Below are positions 58,710 to 64,000 of a stretch of 64,000 nucleotides of DNA, in pieces (the stretch's first letter is position 1; every line of letters begins with the position of its first letter). Origin of the DNA: an uncultured delta proteobacterium (GTDB taxonomy: Bacteria > Desulfobacterota > RBG-13-43-22); the NCBI GenBank assembly GCA_963790475.1, contig CAWBOS010000006.1, forward strand, positions 192,001 through 256,000, in the 5' to 3' direction. The position numbers and the translations under genes are program-made. The notes beneath the pieces were generated by a model, which had not been told where the DNA came from, ran no database searches, and was given only the letters and a program-made list of their open reading frames with translations.

Positions 58710-60479
58710 CTATTTTCCAAATAAGGACAGTTGTTTTTTCTTGGGTTTCAGCGGGTGTTTGGTCCCCCGGATTTCAATCTGTTTTTTTAAGAGGGGTTCA
58801 ATGTTTTCTAAAAACGGAGAAGGGGATTGAACCCAGTTCCGGCCGAACAGGGTCCGTTTTCTGGCCCAGGTTAAAATCACTTTTTCTTTAGCCCGGGTCA
58901 AGCCTACATAAAATAGACGCCGTTCTTCTTCCGGATCCGATTGCTTAAGTAAAGAAAGGGGGAGAAGATTTTCCTCACAGCCGGCAATGAATACTATGGG
59001 AAACTCAAGACCTTTAGCGGCATGAAGGGTCAGTAGTTTGACGGTTTCCTGATCCGGTTCATAAGTGTCCAAACCGGTTTGTATTGAAAGTTCCTCTATA
59101 AATTCTTTCAAGGACCCTCTAAAGGCTGCCGCCCAGAGGCGAAGTTTTTTGATTGCTTCTTCCCCTTCCGCCGAAGCCGGGTGTTTTTCAGAAGGGTTTG
59201 TAAAAATTACTTTTCCCAAAGCCGCCAGCGGTGAAATATCCCAGGAAGGAAGGGATTTGAGGAGGGTCAATAAGGCTCGAATTTCCGGTCGTTCCACCCA
59301 GTGCACTTCCTGAATTTTTTTAAAGGGGATTCCTTTTTTGGAAAAGATACCGGCCAAAACCTCTCCCTGGGCATGAAGCCGGTAAAGGACGGCAAAGTCG
59401 GCAAAGCTCCTGGGCTGGTTATGCCGGAAATCGGAAAATGAATCCATTCCTTTGGATGACAGGCTCAGGCCTCCCATTTCTTCTTCAATAATCCGGGATA
59501 TATATTCCCCTTCTTCTTCGGCAGAAGGCAGGGCAATGACATTCAAGGAGGGCTCCCCTTTAAGGCTGGAGATTAGCCTGACCGGGCTCTTGCAGATCGT
59601 TCCTTCAATAACCTGCGAGGAAGCAGCCAGAACAGTCTGATTCAACCGAAAGGTCTCTTCAAGGGTAACTTCCGTCAAAGAGGGGTTTTCCTGTTGGAGA
59701 CGGGGGAAAAACTCAGCGCTTGCCCCCCGGAAGCCATAAATGGCCTGGTTGGGGTCTCCAATAACCATCCATTCTCCATCCTTTCGGGTCAATAATTCGA
59801 AGAGACGGTATTGGGAAGGATTAATGTCCTGAAATTCATCAATGAATACATAGGGAAAATGGGCCTGAAGGTCTGCTCTGAGGTCAGGACTTCCTTCCAA
59901 AAGAGTGACGGCCTGAATGAGGAGTTCATCAAAATCCCAAAATAGGCCAGCGCCAAGTTTTTCCTGAAAGGCTTGATAACAAGAGGGCCAATTGGGATAG
60001 GTTTCCCAAGGGGGCGGTGTTTCTGGTGAATCCGGCAGGATGAGGGCATTTTTAGCCCAGGAGATGCGGCGGCCCAATTCTTTCAAAGAGGGGATTGGGA
60101 AGTCCGGGAAATATTGCCGGACCGTTTCTCGGAGTAACGCCAAGGCTTCATTTTCGGACAGTAATTGATAAGGAGTAGAAAGGTTCTCCCGCAGAAAGCG
60201 GAAACAAAACCCATGAAATGTGGAAATCCAAGGGGGGGAAAATTGGTCGATCTCTTGGCCAAGTTGATCTATCCGAGACCGCATCTCCTCAGCGGCTTTG
60301 TTGGTAAAGGTGACGGCCAGTATTTGATCAGAGCGGGCGATCCTGCTTGCAATCAGGTGGGCAACGCGATAGGTCAGGGTTCTGGTCTTCCCGGTCCCGG
60401 GTCCGGCCAAAACGATCAAGGGGCCTCCCTGATGTCTGACCACTTTCTCTTGTGAGGGTGTCAGGGACGAAAGATCCAT
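58710..60479 (-). CDS. UvrD/Rep-family helicase; probable start ATG 60479
   Basis: AGPGTGKT, TFTNKAA, DEFQD, GDPNQAIYGFRG, TLHAAKGLEF, EERRLFYVGLTRA. Confidence 0.92.
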   Translation of the reverse strand: MDLSSLTPSQEKVVRHQGGPLIVLAGPGTGKTRTLTYRVAHLIASRIARSDQILAVTFTNKAAEEMRSRIDQLGQEIDQFSPPWISTFHGFCFRFLRENLSTPYQLLSENEALALLRETVRQYFPDFPIPSLKELGRRISWAKNALILPDSPETPPPWETYPNWPSCYQAFQEKLGAGLFWDFDELLIQAVTLLEGSPDLRADLQAHFPYVFIDEFQDINPSQYRLFELLTRKDGEWMVIGDPNQAIYGFRGASAEFFPRLQQENPSLTEVTLEETFRLNQTVLAASSQVIEGTICKSPVRLISSLKGEPSLNVIALPSAEEEGEYISRIIEEEMGGLSLSSKGMDSFSDFRHNQPRSFADFAVLYRLHAQGEVLAGIFSKKGIPFKKIQEVHWVERPEIRALLTLLKSLPSWDISPLAALGKVIFTNPSEKHPASAEGEEAIKKLRLWAAAFRGSLKEFIEELSIQTGLDTYEPDQETVKLLTLHAAKGLEFPIVFIAGCEENLLPLSLLKQSDPEEERRLFYVGLTRAKEKVILTWARKRTLFGRNWVQSPSPFLENIEPLLKKQIEIRGTKHPLKPKKKQLSLFGK

Positions 60480-60539
60480 AAAAAAAGAACAGGTCGGGGT
60501 TTTCCTGACCTGTCCCAAATAAAAAACTAACCGGAAAGG

Positions 60540-60725
60540 CTAAACTTCTTTTACGGTAATAGCCCCGGCTTCACAAACTTCAACACAGCTTTCGCAGCCC
60601 AGACATTCGTCCATATTAACGGGTACGGCTTTGTTGTCCTGAAGCTCAAAAACACTCACCGGGCAGGTATCCACGCAATTGGAATCTCCTGTGCATTTAT
60701 CGGCGTCAACCGTTACTTCAAACAT
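60540..60725 (-). CDS. Dicluster ferredoxin
   Basis: CTGDSNCVDTCP and CLGCESCVEVC. Confidence 0.92.
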   Translation of the reverse strand: MFEVTVDADKCTGDSNCVDTCPVSVFELQDNKAVPVNMDECLGCESCVEVCEAGAITVKEV

Positions 60726-61059
60726 TGATTCTTCCTCCTTGTATTAGAGATAATTTTTCACCAAAAACCAAGGGTTACAAGTCCTTGGGATTATCTTGGG
60801 GTGGATTTAAGGTAGTAAGCCTTCAAATAATCCGGCAGCTTAGAATATTTTTCTCCAAAGGTCAAACAATTTTTTCACCGGAGGAATACTCCGGGCAGAC
60901 AGGTAAAAAAACATGAAGAACCAATAAGAGTTAGAGCTTATCATAAGTCTATTTTGCCCAACTCACAGATATAACCATTAGCCCGGAGGAGTTAAAAAGA
61001 TTGACCGAATTTGCCCCTGTGGTAGATAATGGGACTAACGAAAACCCAAAGGAGGTGCC

Positions 61060-61839
61060 TTGATGCTGGATAAAATGGAAGCCCTTCGCTATGACCGGCA
61101 AATCATGATTAACCATTTTGGGGATGAAGGACAGGAAAAATTAAGAAAAAGCCGGGTCCTGATTGCCGGGGCGGGTGGTCTGGGATCGGCGGCCGCCTAT
61201 TATTTAACCGCTGCCGGAGTGGGCGCACTTAGGATCGTGGACAAGGATAGGGTGGATCTCAGCAACCTAAACCGACAGATCCTCCACTGGGAACCGGACG
61301 TTGACCGGCTCAAGGTGGAATCGGCCAAGGAAAAACTATCCAAACTTAACTCATGGATTGACCTGGATATGCGGAAAGACGATATTAACGAGGAGACGCT
61401 TCCTCAATTGATGGAGGGGTGCGACTTGGTCCTGGACGGCCTGGATAATTTTCCGACCCGTTATTTGATCAACCAACAAATATTACGCCAGGGGATCCCT
61501 TTTATCTATGGAGGTATCCTGGGCATGATGGGCATGGCTACAATGATCCGGCCCGGACAGACTCCTTGTTTGAAATGCCTTTTCCCGCAAGCCCCTCCGC
61601 CTCAGAAGTTCCCGGTCTTAGGGACCACACCGGGAATCATCGGACTGATTGAAGCCAATGAAGCCATTAAGTATCTGGTAGGTTTTGGAAAGCTTCTTGT
61701 CGGCCGGCTGCTCGTTTATAACGGGTTGGATATGCGTTTTTCAGAAGTCCGGATTGAATCCAATCCCGAATGTCCGGTCTGTGCAAAAGTAGATAAAAAT
61801 AAGGGAGAGACGATTCCAAATGTTGACCAAGGGAGATAA
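61060..61839 (+). CDS. moeB: MoeB/ThiF adenylyltransferase
   Basis: RYDRQ, GAGGLG, SNLNRQ, DN, CLKC, CPVC. Confidence 0.85.
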   Translation: MMLDKMEALRYDRQIMINHFGDEGQEKLRKSRVLIAGAGGLGSAAAYYLTAAGVGALRIVDKDRVDLSNLNRQILHWEPDVDRLKVESAKEKLSKLNSWIDLDMRKDDINEETLPQLMEGCDLVLDGLDNFPTRYLINQQILRQGIPFIYGGILGMMGMATMIRPGQTPCLKCLFPQAPPPQKFPVLGTTPGIIGLIEANEAIKYLVGFGKLLVGRLLVYNGLDMRFSEVRIESNPECPVCAKVDKNKGETIPNVDQGR

Positions 61840-61916
61840 ATAGACTAAGGTGTATAAAAAATTAATAGGGTCTAAGAAATTCCTTTGTAACATTTTATCT
61901 ATTCTCAATACGTTTT

Positions 61917-62219
61917 GCCACCGACCCACAAAGACTGGACCAAAGGCCTATCTCTCACAGAGCGCACAGAGGCGCAGAGAATTGATATTTTCTCATTGCC
62001 GGTGAGGGGCCAGCAATGAAAAACCAGTCATGCGCTATCGCGCACCCTGGCCGAAGGCCTGAGGGGTTATGAATAATCGGCCTCTCGCCGATTTTTCATA
62101 AAATATGGTCGTTTTTCTCTGAGAACTCTGAGGGCTCAAGAGACCGTAAGGGAACGGGCGAGAGGAAAAATTAGTGCCCGGAGGGCCTGACGGTAGGAGA
62201 AGACAAGTCGTCTTTCTCC
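61917..62219 (+). repeat. Stand-alone complete copy of the modular hairpin element
   Basis: Leader gccaccgac.., 5' arm 61951-61980, internal hairpins, 3' arm 62116-62165, ggagaagac/gtctttctcc module. Confidence 0.85.
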
Positions 62220-62315
62220 AGTCTTGCAGTTTTCTGTGGTAAAAAGGAAATTGCTGTGCTTTTTTCAAAAAACTAAATTGATAAATTCGTTTAAGTATTA
62301 AGCGAGGTAGTATTC

Positions 62316-63893
62316 ATGGAGGATTGGGCCTTCAACCAGGATGATCGGCGGCGCATGACCGCCCTGGGAATTTCCGAAAGCCGGGTGCGGGCACAGATGG
62401 CCTTGATTCAAAGATCGTCTGGGTATCTTCACCTTCAACGTCCGTGCACACTGGATGACGGGATTGAGCAGGTCCAGGCCCACGAAACCGAAGCCTTGAT
62501 TTTCGTGCAGGAACAGGCAGCCAGGGAAGGCCGGTTCATTAAATTCGTCCCTGCCTCAGGCGCGGCGACCCGGATGGTTCAGGGACTTTTATCTTTATAT
62601 CTCAGCCGATCTTCTTTTGATCTGGATAAAATTTATACTGATTCAAATGAAAACGATTCCGAGGCCGGGGATTTGGTTCGGTTCTTGTCCGGTATTCGTC
62701 GTTTCGCATTTTGGGAGGAGTTGAAAAAGTCCATGGCCCGGGATGGGCTGAACATCTCCAAGGTCATCCATCAAAAACGATGGCGGGAGATTCTGGATTA
62801 TCTCCTAACTGAGCGGGGCTTGAATTACCAGGGCAGGCCTAAAGGGTTGCACCAATTCCACGCCTATCCGGGACATAACCGGACAGCCTTTGAAGAACAC
62901 CTGGTTGAGGCTGTGAACACGATTTGCGATAGAACGGGCCAATGCCATCTTCATGTGACGATTTCTCCGGAACATGAAGACACCTTCAGGAATTTCTTTG
63001 AAACCTTGCGGCCAGCTTACCAAAGCCAATACCACTGCCGTCTTAAGCTTACCTTTTCCTTCCAAAATCATTCCACCGATACTTTGGCGGTTGATCTGGA
63101 AAACCGGCCTTTTCGGGATGCTTCCGGAAACCTTCTCTTTCGTCCCGGGGGTCACGGGGCCTTGCTTCAAAATTTGAGCGATCTTCAAGGTGATTTGATT
63201 TATATAAAAAATATTGATAATGTCCAGCCGGACCGATTGAAAAAACCAACCATTGACTGGAAAAAAATCTTGGGCGGCTATCTGGTTAAGATCCAGCAAA
63301 CCATCCACGCTTTTCTTCGGAAGCTGGCTGAAGAGACGGATAGCGCGTCCTTTTTTTCGGAAGTCAGGGCCTTTTGCCGGGACCGGCTTTTGATTTATCA
63401 ACCTCCAGGTTTAACTAATTGGTCCCTTAAAGAACAAAAAAACTGGCTGATATCTTCATTAAACCGGCCCATTCGGGTCTGCGGTATGGTCAAAAATGAA
63501 GGAGAACCCGGTGGGGGACCGTTTTGGGTAGAGGATAAGGATGGAGTTGTTTCAAGGCAAATTGTGGAAGGCGCCCAGGTCGATCCTGTCTCTGCGGAAC
63601 AAAAGGCTGTTTGGACCTCTTCTACCCATTTTAATCCTGTTGACCTGGTCTGTTCGGTCCGGGATTATAAGGGCCGACCTTTTGATCTGACCCGGTATGT
63701 GGATCCGGAAGCGATTTCCATTACCCGGAAGTCCCATAATGGACGGGACGTAAAGGCCCTGGAATTACCCGGCCTATGGAACAGTAGTATGGCTAAATGG
63801 ATTTCTCTCTTCGTAGAAGTGCCTGTTCAGACCTTCAGTCCGGTTAAAACCATCAATGATTTATTGAGACCGGAACATCAAAACGAGGCCTGA
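62316..63893 (+). CDS. DUF4301 family protein (nucleotidyltransferase-like)
   Basis: KFVPASGAATRM, FRPGGHGALL, KNIDNV, GEPGGGPFW, HFNPVD, LELPGLWN. Confidence 0.88.
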   Translation: MEDWAFNQDDRRRMTALGISESRVRAQMALIQRSSGYLHLQRPCTLDDGIEQVQAHETEALIFVQEQAAREGRFIKFVPASGAATRMVQGLLSLYLSRSSFDLDKIYTDSNENDSEAGDLVRFLSGIRRFAFWEELKKSMARDGLNISKVIHQKRWREILDYLLTERGLNYQGRPKGLHQFHAYPGHNRTAFEEHLVEAVNTICDRTGQCHLHVTISPEHEDTFRNFFETLRPAYQSQYHCRLKLTFSFQNHSTDTLAVDLENRPFRDASGNLLFRPGGHGALLQNLSDLQGDLIYIKNIDNVQPDRLKKPTIDWKKILGGYLVKIQQTIHAFLRKLAEETDSASFFSEVRAFCRDRLLIYQPPGLTNWSLKEQKNWLISSLNRPIRVCGMVKNEGEPGGGPFWVEDKDGVVSRQIVEGAQVDPVSAEQKAVWTSSTHFNPVDLVCSVRDYKGRPFDLTRYVDPEAISITRKSHNGRDVKALELPGLWNSSMAKWISLFVEVPVQTFSPVKTINDLLRPEHQNEA

Positions 63894-64000
63894 AGTAAGG
63901 CGTGAGGCGTGAGGATATCCCTAACCTGAATATTGAAACATTAATCCCTTTCCAAGATTATCATTCTGGACTTATTCCGAAATCGAGTATTCTCAAGCCG

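Noticed and set aside
63959-63990. REP-like palindrome at the window end
   Set aside because: Too degenerate, and downstream context is missing.

Overview
Bacterial window, probably Desulfobacterota/deltaproteobacterial (inferred from gene content, not checked). It has four parts. (1) 1-30.7 kb: a large + strand exopolysaccharide locus with GT2/GT4 transferases, AsnB-type amidotransferase, Wzy-like, Wzx, WecB and two secreted glycan-active proteins. It begins with an unusual comA-comB-ATP-grasp-LarA-like-methyltransferase-deacetylase block that suggests sulfolactate decoration of the polysaccharide. (2) 31-42.6 kb: a Y1/HUH (RAYT-like) transposase followed by eight toxin-antitoxin modules (one decayed) and two other genes, separated by 7/8/9-nt periodic repeats and a modular hairpin element. 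(3) 42.8-54.4 kb: a PEP-CTERM system (exosortase, prsK, prsR, PEP-CTERM protein, prsT) with four-helix-bundle genes inserted between the core genes. (4) 54.6-64 kb: a GlrK/QseG/GlrR-like regulator and housekeeping genes. The most distinctive unexplained signal is a repeat 'bracket' pattern. Short-period repeats begin at stop codons, their reverse complements sit at downstream start codons, they enclose four-helix-bundle and TA genes, and they also occur as in-frame insertions inside a deacetylase. Also seen: five sigma54 promoters, paired TGT-N11-ACA sites, a truncated group IIC intron after a terminator, and an unannotated 35-aa ORF. All family calls come from motif recognition by eye; no database search was run.
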